Below, in pieces: positions 12,340 to 24,453 of a stretch of DNA of 64,000 nucleotides. Every line of letters starts with the position of its first letter. Position 1 is the first letter of the stretch. The stretch covers positions 36,456,001 through 36,520,000 of the forward strand of contig NW_024704742.1 of the NCBI RefSeq assembly GCF_018977255.1. The letters run 5' to 3'. Below the pieces are notes generated by a model that made no database searches, had not been told where the DNA came from, and saw nothing but the letters and a program-made list of their open reading frames with translations. The DNA is from Callorhinchus milii (taxonomy: Eukaryota). Both the position numbers and the translations under genes were made by a program.

Positions 12340-13212
12340 CACCAGGGGTGGAGCAGAGGGAACAAGGGAAACGCAGAAGGCCTGAGTCAACCGAGCGAAG
12401 GCATTGTGTAGTGGAGCGTGAGCAAATTGGAGAGGTAGGGAAGCACCAGGGCATGAAGTGATTTCAAAGTGAGAGTGAGGATCTTGAAAATGATCTGTTC
12501 TGCAACAGGAAATCAGTGGAGCCTGGCAAGAACTGGGGTGATGGGGTTACGGAGCTTGGTACAGGTGAGGACAAGGGTGGCAGAGTGTTGAATCAGTTGG
12601 ACCTTGGTTCATAGTGGAGCCTGGGAGACTGGTGAGGAGTGTATTGGAAAAAATCAAAGAGGGAGCTAACGAAAACATGAATGAGGATTTCAGCAACATT
12701 TGAAGTAAGAAAGGGATATTGAAGTATTGAAGAAGGACTAAAGACATCTTATTTTGATACCTTATGTTCATCTGCCTCTCGTCCCATCCTCAGCCAGCTC
12801 CACTGGCTCCCCATTCCCCAGAGGATCGAATTCAATATCCTCGTTCTGACTTAAATCCCTTCACAGTCTTGCCCTACCTTACCTCTGCGGCCTCCTCAAA
12901 CCTTACCAACCCTCTGCTTGGCAGGCACTGGCCTGCTTCACATTCCTTGCCCGCCCCACCATTGGCTGTCAGACTTTCAGCCTATCTGCCCCACTGTTTG
13001 AAACTTCATCCTGGAGTTCATTTGTCTCACCACTTCCCTAGCTTCCTTCAAGGTCCGTCTCAAGACCCTCCTCTTTGACCCTACCCTCAGTCATCTTTCC
13101 ACCCCCACCTCTTCTGAATCCAACCCCTCATCTCAGGTGCAAACCTTCAATATCCAGCACCTTGGGACTTCTTTCCGTGGCGAAAGGTGCTATATAATTG
13201 CATTGTTGTTGC
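12340..13212. mobile_element. Two divergent L2 fragments (about 12340-12760 minus; about 12765-13212 plus with tail)
   Basis: ctccactggctcccc...gaattcaa (LHWLP region) present on both strands; tail gaaaggtgctatataattgcattgttgttg. Confidence 0.78.
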
Positions 13213-13428
13213 AGTTTTAGCTAACTGGAAATTTGCAGTTTTATATTCTACACAAATTTTCAACACCACGCATGTTCTTGCCTGAGCCAAGTTCGGCAAG
13301 AACATGCTTTTCATTTTTTATAGAATAACATTAATATGTATTTTTTTTAAACCCTTGCATTCTTGCTCTGCTACTTCCAGAAGATGGAAACACGCAAACA
13401 TTCAAAATGCATTTAGATATCTACTCAC

Positions 13429-13647
13429 CGTAGGTCTGCAGCAGCTCTTCCTTGGTAGAAACCAGGAGGGCTTTGTCTTTCCCAGAAAGGACTATGGCGA
13501 GGCAAATATAGTGATGCTCAGAAGAGTTTGACCTCCGCACGAGGGTAAGAAGTCTAACCGGGTGATTGCTTGAAGACGTGGTGAACCGCTCAATACAAAA
13601 CCAGGTTGAGTATGTCAGCCCGGAAGGAGGTGGAAAGAATCGTTCGC
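13429..13647 (-). CDS. WDFY3: WDFY3 exon E17 (219 nt) ERFFPPPSGLTYSTWFCIE...EELLQTY
   Basis: tttccag|GCGAAC ... TACG|gtgagt; phase 1 to 1. Confidence 0.96.
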
Positions 13648-14894
13648 CTGGAAAAAAGGATTTATTTAAACAAATAAGGCATTTTCCAAGAACTCTACAT
13701 ATTCTATTGTAATTTTGCACTTGTATTGTAAATACATATAAATATTTAAAATAATATGCCAGAAATGATCTTTTAATACTTTGATGCTATTCATATGGTG
13801 CAAGTCTTATTTATGCCATTTCAGTTTTAAACTTGCTATCCTGCTGAATACACATCTTTTAATGATAAGCAGCCACTGATTGAATTTAAGAATTACAGTA
13901 CTCCTAACATTTCTAATAGTTTCAGTGAAGACTTGTTTGCACTTTGCAGTGTCCTCACTGTATATATTGAATACTAATAAAGGATACTTCATGATTTGTG
14001 CCATGTCTGAAGCACAAATTAGCTACAGAGGCTCTTCTCATTGCCACTAGTATAATCAGGCATTAGGGAGGGAATCTGGATAAAATCAGCGGGGGAAATG
14101 TCAGACAGATCAAAAGGATGTAGAACAGACAACAAATGGTCCTTCGAACAAGTGGAGAAGTTATGTTTGATGGGCTTCATCCAAGGCTGGAAAACAAAAG
14201 TCCATGGTGATGAAGGCCAAAGGAAATTGGCTCCATTCCACCCAGGAGTGATGGGCAGAACTGTGAATCCATTGCACTGGAACTTTGTTTTGAGCAGCCA
14301 AATGCGACAGTGCTCCACCACCTATCTCTCCAGAGAGATAGAAACTACAAAGCCATAAATAGATATTTTAAAAATCAATCGCCCTGAAGATGGTGCCAAG
14401 TATCTGAACTGGGAGCATTAGAACATGTTGCTTAAGAACACAATTTCTTTGAACATGCTCGGCAATCCTGTTAAGGACCATAGTCTACTGGGGATTTCTG
14501 GTGGCTGTGATAAAAATGCACAATTACAGCAAACCATGTTATACATCCTTCACTTTACCAGATGTGTCACTGCAACATACTGTCAAGAGATTGATTTTAG
14601 ACTTTAATTGATCAAAAACAACATTTAATTAAAGTATTAAATGGAAGACTTATAGTAGGTGCCAGGATTAACATTTTGCTGAATGCATGAAACTAAAATT
14701 TTGAAACTTGGTCAAACCTGACGATTTTCAGCACAATTAATGCGCTTACACTCGGCACGGGGAATTATTTTTCCTTGCCTCCAATTATAAATGCTGCCTG
14801 ATTTGGCACAAATCATTTAATATTTTGCTTGCAGGGCCATTAAGCACTGACAAACAGATCTCTCACAGAGGAGATACTAAAATGCATTTATACC

Positions 14895-16881
14895 GTCAAC
14901 CGTCTAGCCTCGGCCAAGTCGTCCTTCTACTCCAGGATAATCCTGGAGGCGAAGAACAACCCCAGGCTGTTTTCTACCATATTCCGACTCCTCCATCCCC
15001 CCCGCCACCCCGCGCAGGTCATCTCCTCCAACCTTCACTGTGAGGAGATGCTGGATTTCCTTGAATCCAAAATCCAGGGAATCCGCTTCGCGGTCACTTC
15101 CCCTCCAACCTCCACCCACCCCTTCCCTCCCACACTCCGACTCCTACCCATCCTCCCCTACACACTTTCGTACCCGTTTCCCCACCCTCTGTCACCAAAC
15201 TCATCCTACCCCTGAAACCCACCACCTGCTCCTTTGACCCCATCCCCACTCCTTATCTCCCAGCTCCACCTCCTTGCCCCACATATCACAGACATCGTCA
15301 ACCTGTCCCTCTCCTTTGGCTCTGTTCTCATTCCCTTAAAAACTGCCACCATCACTCCCACCTTGAAAAAACCCTCCCTTGATGCGTCGCAGCTATCAAG
15401 CTACCGGCCCATCTCCAACCTCCCCTTCCTGTCCAAGGTCCTGGAACGAGTTGTCGCCTCCCAGCTGCGCTCTTTCCTCTCCACCCATTCATTATTCAAA
15501 CCCCTTCAGTCGGGTTTCCGTGCTGCCCATAGCACAGAAACTGCCCTGGTCAAGGTCACCAATGACATCCTGACCATCTGCGACCAGGGCTCCCTCTGCC
15601 TCCTCGTCCTCCTCGACCTATCGGCAGCATTCGATACGGTCGACCACGCTATCCTCCTCCACCGCTTGTCCTCCCACCTCAACCTTCAAGGCCCTGTCCT
15701 TGAGTGGTTTAGGTCGTACCTCTCCCACCGTCTTCACTTTGTTTCCACGAACGGCTTTTCCTCCAGCCCCCGCACTGTCTCGTGCGGTGTCCCTCAGGGC
15801 TCTGTCCTCGGTCCCCTCCTCTTCACCCTCTATATGCTCCCCCTTGGTGACATCATCCGCAGACATGGGTTAACTTCCACATGTATGCGGATGACACCCA
15901 ACTCTACCTTTCCTCCTCTACTCTCAACTCCACGACCACCGATGTCCTGACAGCCTGCCTGTCCGACATCGAGTCCTGGACGAGAGACAACTTTCTTCAG
16001 CTCAACGTGCGAAAAACTGAGGCCCTCCTGATTGGCTCACGTCAGCGCCTCCGCACCTCAGGCGCTGACAGCATCAGCATCCAAGGCTGCACTCTCCACC
16101 TCTCAAAGCCAGTCAGGAACCTCGGGTTCTGTTCGACCCTGAGCTGTCCTTTCTTCCTCATATCCGCACCACAACTGGCACCGCCTTCCATCACCTCCGA
16201 AACATCGCCAGACTACGGCACTACCTCACCCCTCACGCTGCTGAAACTCTGGTCCACGCCTTTGTCACCTCAAGGCTGGACTATGGGAACTCTCTCCTCG
16301 CCGGCCTTCCCGGCACCTCCCTCCACAAGCTGCAGGTCATTCAGAACTCTGCAGCTCGTGTACTGTCCCGCACCAGGCTTCGGGACCACATCACTCCCAC
16401 CCTCGCTCGCCTCCACTGGCTCCCCATCCCCCAGAGGATCGAATTCAAGATCCTCATCCTCACCTACAAGGCCATTCACGGCCTTGCTCCCTCCTACCTC
16501 TCTGACCTACTATCCCCCTACTTACCTGCCCGTACCCTCCGTTCCTCTGGCTCCGGTCTGCTCCACATCCCCCGCCCCAACCGCCCTACCATCGGTGGCC
16601 GGGCCTTCAGCCTCTCAGCCCCTAGGCTCTGGAACTCTATCCCCCAGTGCCTTCGCCGCCTCCTCCCTTTCCTTCTTCAAGGCCGGTCTCAAGACCCTTC
16701 TCTTTGACCGTGCCTTCAGCTCCCCTCTCGACTCTCTACCCCCTCCTCGCTCCCTCCCTTCCCTCCCCTCACCCTGACCATTTCCCCCCTGCTCGGGTCC
16801 TGACCCAACTGTCCAGCGCCTTGGGACGTCCTTCCGACGTGAAAGGCGCTCTATAAATGGAATTTTGTTGTGGTTGTTGTT
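14895..16881 (+). mobile_element. L2-clade LINE, 5'-truncated, frameshifted ORF2 reverse transcriptase, young subfamily
   Basis: RT motifs [46 protein letters not shown] and YADD split across frames; 3' end gtgaaaggcgctctataaatg followed by a (TTG)n tail. Confidence 0.93.
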
Positions 16882-16947
16882 AAAGGTAACCAATCACGAC
16901 ACTTTGCCCACAGTGAGCTGGTTTGTGTGACAGCATCACTTTCTAAC

Positions 16948-17051
16948 CTGCGCCGAATCCACTGGTAACAGCTCCATCATTAAGTCCTCCCGTCACGGCA
17001 GCGGCATTAACAGGTGCGTTGTGGGGAGCCAAGCTCGGCAAAAACAGGCAG
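16948..17051 (-). CDS. WDFY3: WDFY3 exon E16 (104 nt) CLFLPSLAPHNAPVNAAAVTGGLNDGAVTSGFGA (not in ORF track)
   Basis: ctgacag|CTGCCT ... GCAG|gttaga; phase 2 to 1. Confidence 0.93.
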
Positions 17052-17853
17052 CTGTCAGGAAAAAGCAGAACACTTAAGGCACGAGCAGCCTGGAGAAACA
17101 ACGAGAACCACATTCTGAACCTTCTCCAGAACCAGTCACTTCAACTCAACCTTACGCATGACTCAGATAAATTCAACACACAAGTTGAGCCCAACAGTGG
17201 TAACAGATACGTCAAGGTGAAAATTATTATGTTCCAAAATTCATTCCGTTCCCAAATTAACAACTCTTAATTACCACTATTATCAAGCGTTTACAAAGAG
17301 TGATTAAAATGTATCCATAATGTTTTTTTTATTCTAAAAAGTTTCCGAACAACACAAAAGCCTTTATTCGAGGCTGAGGAGCAGTGTTTGACTATTAATC
17401 TTGATGGTTGTTAATGAATTCTTGAATCATCTATTTCTGTGGTCTGAATAAATGCGTCCGCAATGCTTACTCGCTAAAAAAGATGCCGGTTTTTTCTTTT
17501 GCAGTGGCTACAAAGAATGAACCGCTTTTACTCATAATTTGGACATCAGATAAAGAATACACTGGTTGAATGCCTCTCCTCCCCTTAGTTTAGATTCAGG
17601 TGAACATTACTGGTTATTCTTGCTTTGCTAAATGTACTCCCTTGGCAGATAGTATATGGTGTTGCAAGTTGACCAACCTTGGTTCTTGAATATATTATAA
17701 GATAATCAATATTCAATATCTTACAATACTCACTAAATCTACCAACAAGGAAGAATAATTTGCAATGTCCAACCCAGCCAGTGGATAGAAATATCATGAA
17801 TGGCCATTTGTTTACATAAACTACTGCTTGCATGGGGGAAAAAAATACCTTAC

Positions 17854-18088
17854 CCAAAGCCTTCCAGAGAAGTATCAAACTCCACAAATGCTGGAGTAAC
17901 TGATGATCCGTGAAGTCTAATGTCATGTGGTGTTGTCATGGAGACTAAGCACTTCACCCGAGTCAGAGGCACTGTGCTTCCTTCCGCCCCTTTGAGCAGG
18001 CTTTTGCTGATCCTGTAGTGACTGTTATCTTCATTCCCGCTGAAAACATTTTCAGGATCGAATCCATCCAAAGACATCATCAGGCTAC
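17854..18088 (-). CDS. WDFY3: WDFY3 exon E15 (235 nt) SLMMSLDGFDPEN...FVEFDTSLEGF
   Basis: atcacag|GTAGCC ... TTGG|gtaagg; phase 1 to 2. Confidence 0.93.
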
Positions 18089-18199
18089 CTGTGATCCCAA
18101 AGCAGGTACAATAGTACAGTCTTAGAAAAGATAGGGAGCTAAAAGGGCAACAACGAAAGAGGTTTATCAGCAAACACCTATTGAAATTCACGTTAAGGC

Positions 18200-18550
18200 C
18201 CCAGCCCTGATGGTGTAGTGGACAGGTATGGATCCTGGAGCTCAATGATTCAAATCCTGGTGTGTGATGAGTTTGCTGGTCTCAGGTGGGTTTGCATGGG
18301 AGGTTACATCGACTCCAACGATCCCAGGGTTAAGATTCCTGCTCTTTCTAAGCACCCTCTATTGGTAGCGTGTGGCAGCCGGGTGGGCAAGGTCAAGCTC
18401 CTCTGCGACGACCTCCACATTCATGTGGCCTACAGACACTCACTGTCAAGGCTCACATGTGAATAATGACTACTTAGGTGAGTACTAGAGGGTAACCAGT
18501 ACTCACGGAACTCCACCCCAGCGAGAGGAAGTCAGACTAGGAGCAGAGAT
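18200..18550 (+). mobile_element. Second, old SINE-like family
   Basis: Degenerate A/B boxes (tggtgtagtgg, gattcaaatcc); body cactcactgtcaaggctcacatgtgaataatg...gtactagaggg recurs near 24900, 27020, 40900 and 46760 (-); head-like copy at 53700-53868 (-). Confidence 0.6.
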
Positions 18551-18816
18551 GCATATGTGGGGTAGGCATTAGAAAAATAATTCAACACCCTACATTTATT
18601 AAAAAAATTCAGGTTAAGTTTCAGATAAGGAAAAATGATCAAGCATTTCAGGAAATAACTGAATACAGTATACTTTATTTTATGAATGTCAAGAACATTA
18701 TCTTCACAACATCAGTCAAAAAGAGCAAATATTCCTATACTATTTATACAAATGCCATAAAATGAACATTTGTTTTAGGCACACCTGTATCACATCTGTC
18801 CCCATTCAGTCATTAG

Positions 18817-18885
18817 TAGAAAGGAATATGGAGGATGATATTCTTCTTGTGATAGAAAAGAATATGGAGGATGAAATTCTTCTTG
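18817..18885. repeat. 36-bp tandem duplication
   Basis: tagaaaRgaatatggaggatgaWattcttcttg occurs twice. Confidence 0.9.
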
Positions 18886-19170
18886 ACAGTGTGTGTTTCA
18901 AAGTTACTATACTGAAACGCAAGAGAAATGTGTCTGTCCAAATCCCTCCCTCCTGTTCATTAAAAAATATGAGGTGCACTTGAAATGTTTATACAGTACA
19001 TCCAATTTTCAGAACTAATCTTTGCAAATATACTGTTTCATTCAACCAATATTTAAATTACAAATTTGCTTTAAAGAGCAAAATGTTTGTTTAAGCTGGG
19101 AAACTCAAATCTGAATCTCAAGCAACAGAAAGAGATTTTACAATTTATAAATAAATATTTTGCAGCTTAC

Positions 19171-19283
19171 CTCTTATATCTGTTTCACAACTTAAAGAGC
19201 TTGGTTTGTGGACCCTGTACACGTTGATCAACTTTTTATCCCAGGCTCCACAATTCAGTGGGTTACCAAGACGGAGAAACTCC
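19171..19283 (-). CDS. WDFY3: WDFY3 exon E14 (113 nt) EFLRLGNPLNCGAWDKKLINVYRVHKPSSLSCETDIR (not in ORF track)
   Basis: ttatcag|GGAGTT ... AGAG|gtaagc; phase 2 to 1. Confidence 0.94.
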
Positions 19284-20214
19284 CTGATAAAAATCAACAT
19301 AAGTAAATAAAAAATCAGTATTGAGTAAATGAAATGCTAAAATAATAATAATAATCCTTGCATTTGATATAGGACCTTTCACATCAGAAAAGCATCATAG
19401 CATTTCACAGGATTTACTGTCAGGTGTTGTGACTGTGTATTTTGTAGATTTCAATATCTTTGGTATGTTAAATGAAGAACTTTGAGCTCACGCTCTGTTA
19501 ACCATGGGGGGGGGGGGGGCGGGGAAAAAAATCTTTCGTTTAAGTTTACCAACAATAATCCCAACTCTTCGCCCCCAAAATCTATTATTTTCACAACCTA
19601 AAGTGGGAAAGACTATGATTGCTTTTTTCAAAAGCACACAGACCTCAGTTCTCCCCAGACCACATACCAACTATAGCAAAGAAGGGGGTAACTCGCCACC
19701 ATCCTCCTCAAATGATTCTCAGCTGGTTGTTGGGGAGGTGCACGGAAGGCCTTGACACTTAGAGGAAGCACCTGCCCACCAATCAATTTCTAATTAATGT
19801 GGTCAGAAACTGGGTAGATGGAAACACAAGTAAAAACCGCAACCCACACTGCGGTATCACATGCAGTTTCAAAGCAATGTCCCTCACACATAAAAGCCCA
19901 CATATTTCACTTATGTAGAGGTGGTAACTTTTCAGGTCGCTGGGTGTGGTAACGGAAACCCTTTGCCATATTTAAGAGTTTCCAGCTCCAGCAGCTTACC
20001 AAGAGTGGTTTCATGTTTACAGGTTGATGGGAGTTTGCAATCTCTTCCCCTGAAAGATACTGTGGTTGGCAGAAGCCAAGACTTTAGGAACACCAAAACA
20101 CAAGTTGGAGCCCTGCTGGAAATGAACCGTCTAAAATGATCCAACTTATTCCAAACTCCATCTACAAGAACAATGGCTTTTAGGTTTATTAAGAGACAAG
20201 TTTTTTTTTTTGAT

Positions 20215-20640
20215 CGGTCAATTGTTCTGTCACATGCAGAAACCCACGAGTATCTAAATCAGAGTTCCCTGCAACCCATTATATTTGGAAATTCCCATGT
20301 ATTGGCTCTTCCTGGAGGGAAACATCCTGCTTCCCTAATTCCAGAGAGTATTAAGCATTGGCTGGCAAGAGCCAAGGGTTGAAGATCTAAGAATGTTTTT
20401 TGGGATACTGCTGGGGTTTAATCAACTAAAACCACGTAGAAAGCCATTAAAAGTACTGTCTGGCAAACTTCCTGTTTCTTGGCCACCTAGGACACTTTGC
20501 TCATTAAGGTTTTGGTTTGCAGGGTTTAAAGGAACTGAGTAGAAAGAAATCCTCTCCCAGGTGCCTCTCCAAGCCCCACCAATGAGCCCTGGAGTACTGT
20601 GGACCAACCTGGCTCAGACACAGATCCCAAGTGGGAAGTG
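20215..20640 (+). repeat. Unclassified medium-length interspersed repeat, at least 7 partial copies in the window
   Basis: Shared blocks cctggaggg..catcctg..taattcc.ga.agtatt..gagccaagg and caactaaaaccac..aaagyactgtctggcaa..gcagggttaa also at about 3520-3725, 22115-22760, 29900-30130 (-), 37680-38040 (-), 56795-56863 and 63600-63990 (-). Confidence 0.75.
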
Positions 20641-21231
20641 AATCTTCCCCCAATGATAGGTCTACTCCACAAAATCTTATTAATAAGCAAGGCAGGTCAA
20701 TAGTCAACAGTGCCCTGGAGTATTGCAGATCTGTATAGCTGAGGTATTGGTTCAAGAGCACTACAGAGTGCTTCATTCAGCTCTGCCTTCAATACCCAGG
20801 TCACCATGAAGCCAGCTCAACCAGATAGACCCCTGTTAATCTTTTTCCTTTTCCCCAAAGGAAGACAAGGTAAAAAGTCTGAAAGAATTTTTAATTCTGA
20901 AAAGCTTTCCAGGATGACTATCTTTGAAACAAACAGTTAAATACTTTGAAGTTAAACATTGGCACAGACACAAATCTTTTGACATTCCTCAAGTCAACGT
21001 CAAAACTTGAAGCTTAATTAACAGCTAGCTACTGTATTTAAAATTGAGTGATTTGATCAGTGAACTAACAAGCACTAATTCCCTGCAGATGCCTACATTC
21101 TTAGTGCTAGATTTAAATACCAAAGGACTACTATACATTTCTTAAAGGGGTTCATACACAATTAAATTATAATAATTCATGCAAAAACTAGCAAGTGAAT
21201 GTTGCAACTTAAAACAAGGTTTAAATGGCCA

Positions 21232-21270
21232 GTGTAATATACATGATATGGAATATCATGTATATTACAC
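21232..21270. repeat. Perfect 18-bp inverted repeat with 3-nt loop
   Basis: GTGTAATATACATGATAT-GGA-ATATCATGTATATTACAC. Confidence 0.95.
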
Positions 21271-22262
21271 AATATGGAATCTCTTCGATCATATTCCACA
21301 ACAGAACAGAATCGCCAAGACTTCCTCCATAACATGAATATTTAATAAGCAGAGAACATTTTCACACAGCGAAGGTAAAATGGAATTCAGTCAATAGTAT
21401 TGCAGTCTGTTTATAATCCATGACACTCCAAAATATTAACTCAGAGTAGTGTTGGGAGGAGAGGAATTATATTTTATCCAATTGTTTAGAGTACAGTTCG
21501 CCTGCAAATAGCATAATCAGCACACTTTACAGTGATACGTGAATGTGAAATGCGCTATATCAAATGCAATGATTATTATTATTATTAGTGCGCAAACCAC
21601 AATCAAACACGTCACTCGAAATGACCAACAGTAAGATCTGGGCTACAACGTGAAGATGAAGAATTGTGTTTCTTTTTGAAAACAATTGAGTTATCTGATC
21701 GGCTATCTGATAGTAAAGCTGCTGCACAATATCTGCAGTAGAATGTCGTATGGACATTTGTATTTTGTTTATATGATTTTGTGACTGTCAAAGTGAGACA
21801 AACCCAAATCCAGGCCATATGCTAATCTTATAAAATGTAATGTTAGTGTTTCTAAAACAATATGACTTCATTTAATGAGGGCATAGAATTGAAATAAAAA
21901 AATATTAATGTCAGCGCGTGTGTCTGAAATAGGGCACTAACTGACTGGAATGCTAAATCTAAAAATATGCATTTCCTTTCAAGTCATAGCTTTACTGATA
22001 ATAGGATCCATGTCCTCCAGGACAAAGAAGGCTGCAGTGTAAAATTAAAAATGTGAGGTATCTTTTGGATCAATGCACAAAATCGTAGATGAGTTTGGGG
22101 AGAAATACTTTTGGTCAGCCAGTGTCTGGCACATGTAGAAATCCACTACCACCATACTTAAAAGTATCCAAACCAGACAGAGGTCACATATGTATACCAC
22201 CTATGTATGTATATTTCCCAGGGTCTGGAATATGCACTCTCTCCCTGGAGGGGCACAGGTTT

Positions 22263-22586
22263 GAGTCCTGTAGCTCAGTGGTTAGAGCACTCGCTTTGCA
22301 AGCGAGAGACCTGAGTTCAATTCCAGGCAGGGCGAAACCTTGGGCAAGTTTCCTCACTCCACACACCTAATAATAATCCCCACAAAACCGAAAACAATAA
22401 TAAATTGGTCATTTTCAATCTACGACTGTTTGTGGGACATTGCTGTGCGCAATTGGCTGCCGCGTTCGCCCACAAATATACAGTCAATTCACTTTACAGT
22501 GTGTTCTGTGAAGCGCTGTGGGACGTCCTCCCGACGTGAAAAGCGCTATATCAAATGCAAGGATTATTATTATTATTATTATTATT
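22263..22586 (+). mobile_element. Young full-length tRNA(Ala-TGC-like)-headed SINE with L2-type tail
   Basis: A box tagctcagtggt, anticodon arm ctcgc-tttgcaa-gcgag, B box gagttcaattcc, body, gtgaaaagcgctatatcaaatgcaagg followed by (ATT)n. Confidence 0.93.
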
Positions 22587-23357
22587 TGTGACAGCCAAGG
22601 CTTGGGGACCTCAGAGTGTGCGATGGATTACTGCTACAGTTTATCTGTCTGAAAGTGCTGTCTGGCAACTGTTCAGCTGCTTGTCTAGCTTGGATCGCCC
22701 TATTCGTTAGGATTTTTGCCTGCAGGGTTAACAGAAGCTGAGTGGGAAGAATTCTTGCCCCCAGTTCCTCTGAGTTCTATTGGTGACTTAATTTGCTGCT
22801 TATCCATCAGCTGTCACTGTGGAAATCTTAGCTGATTATTCCCCCTCTTCAGATTCAAGCACTTTTGAATCATTAAAATGGGAACACAGTGACTCTCTAG
22901 TGTTTGCTTTGAATGTTATACTGCAGCTGATTCCTGAGCTTCTTCTTTCAGGTGATTTCTTATGCGTGGTTGCCTTCCTCCCTTATCTCCCAGGAATTGC
23001 GGTTCAGTGATTAATGAGAACCGAAGGGCCTGAAAAGCCTAAAGCAGCCACATCAGCAGGAAGAGAACAGGTGAACTGAGGCATGAGTTCTACAGCAGCC
23101 TATGTGATTGATGCGTCCTTGACACTTTTAATTAAGTTTTTGGCATGTGACATCTTAGACATGTGGCTAATTCCTGAATGAAAATCCACACCCAGGATTC
23201 ATCCAATAGGGACAATATTTGCCTACAAAATAGTCCTTACATTTGACAGTAATCACCTATGAAGCACCTTGAGACACTGACGTTTGCTTTATCACATGCA
23301 AGAATTATTTATTATTATAATTTTGGTAAGAGTCATAAGATGGGCACAAACCCCCGT

Positions 23358-23660
23358 AATAATAATCCTTGCATTTGAGATAATACCTTTCACATTGGGG
23401 GGACATCTCAAAATGCTTCATGGGATTTACTGTAAAATGTAATGACTGTATTTTGTAGGCAAACCCACTAGCCAGTTTTGCGCAAAGCAATGCCTTAAAA
23501 ACAGCTATGAAGTGATTGTCTAATTTCATCTGTGGGATTGTTGGGAGAGGACACCTAGAGAAATACCCCTTCTCTTTTTGAATAGTGCTACGGGAATCTT
23601 TAATATGCATCCGAACAGGCAAACAGGACTTCAGTTTAACATCTCAGCTGAAGGGCATTA
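23358..23660 (-). mobile_element. Deu-domain-type SINE 3' part
   Basis: gaatagtgctacgggaatcttt...cagtttaacatctcagctgaa plus the shared SINE tail. Confidence 0.72.
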
Positions 23661-23704
23661 TTGACAAAATAAAATAAATCTTTATTCAAACTCAATTAAA
23701 AGTA

Positions 23705-23886
23705 CAGAGGAAACTCAGTTTAAGGTCACCCCACTAAGGTGGCTAATTCATTAATATAATTTTTTTTGCAATCTTATTCATTTCATCATTATATAGTAAG
23801 TTATACAATCTCATTAGTAAAGTGAACCTGCTAATGTGGTCCAAATTCTTAGTCTGTTTGCTGACGTTATTAGAGAGGTTCCACAG
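23705..23886. mobile_element. Tigger/pogo-like MITE remnant
   Basis: TA-CAGAGGAAACTC ... GAGGTTCCACAG-TA imperfect TIRs with TA flanks. Confidence 0.5.
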
Positions 23887-24238
23887 TAACATGTTTTGAA
23901 ACAAACGATTATGTGTGGTGCTTTATTTTGGGATGAGGAAAAAACCCAGAGATGGATTAAGAAGGGTTAAAGTGTTTGAGGGATTCATCACGATCCTTGC
24001 TAGGTGAAAGTGACAGCAAATTGTTCTGCAAGCCAAAACAATACGATTACAACAACAATGTGCATTTCTATGTGTATAGTTGTGTTTCATAAATGCTTTA
24101 ATTCAATCGAATACTTTTCAAGCATGAACAACAACAACTTGCATTTACAAAGTGCCCTTCTTGCAGAATAGCATCTCGGTGCATTTAAAAGAGTTGGGAT
24201 TAAGACCCAAATGCCGTCTGTTTGAGTAGGTATCTTAC

Positions 24239-24453
24239 CTAAGGACCATTGGTTCCAGTGACTGGGAAGCCAACCTCTCAAACATCCTCTGGAGTGGTGG
24301 GTGAAGAGGGTGGTCTTCATCAGCCAGAGCAGAACTACACCTCTGAAGCAGCCGTGCGTGAAGCCCTGCTTCACACATTACTTGCTGATTTCTTTCCGAG
24401 TGAATAAGTGACTGTAAGATATTAGCTACTGCAAGCTGAAGATCTAATGCATG
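24239..24453 (-). CDS. WDFY3: WDFY3 exon E13 (215 nt) HALDLQLAVANILQSL...SQSLEPMVL
   Basis: gtttcag|CATGCA ... TTAG|gtaaga; phase 0 to 2. Confidence 0.96.

Noticed and set aside
15234-16777. Long plus-strand ORFs (238 and 298 aa; also 62337-63239, 300 aa) as a nested host gene
   Set aside because: These are frameshifted pieces of L2 ORF2 with no endonuclease or 5' end. There is no sign of an intact or domesticated gene.
18106-18117. 12-nt match (GTACAATAGTAC) to the palindromic element arm near the E15 acceptor
   Set aside because: Short, AT-rich and without the rest of the TIR, so chance cannot be excluded.
18817-18885. 36-bp direct repeat as a CRISPR-like unit
   Set aside because: Only two adjacent copies with no spacers, in a vertebrate intron; an ordinary tandem duplication.
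19506-19524. Poly-G run as a regulatory G-quadruplex
   Set aside because: A simple homopolymer that is poly-C in the transcript. Its length is unreliable in assemblies and there is no supporting context.
22263-22335. tRNA-Ala(TGC)-like gene (also at 28935-29008 minus)
   Set aside because: Imperfect acceptor stem, and it is fused to a repeated body and LINE-type tail, so it is a SINE head rather than a tRNA gene.
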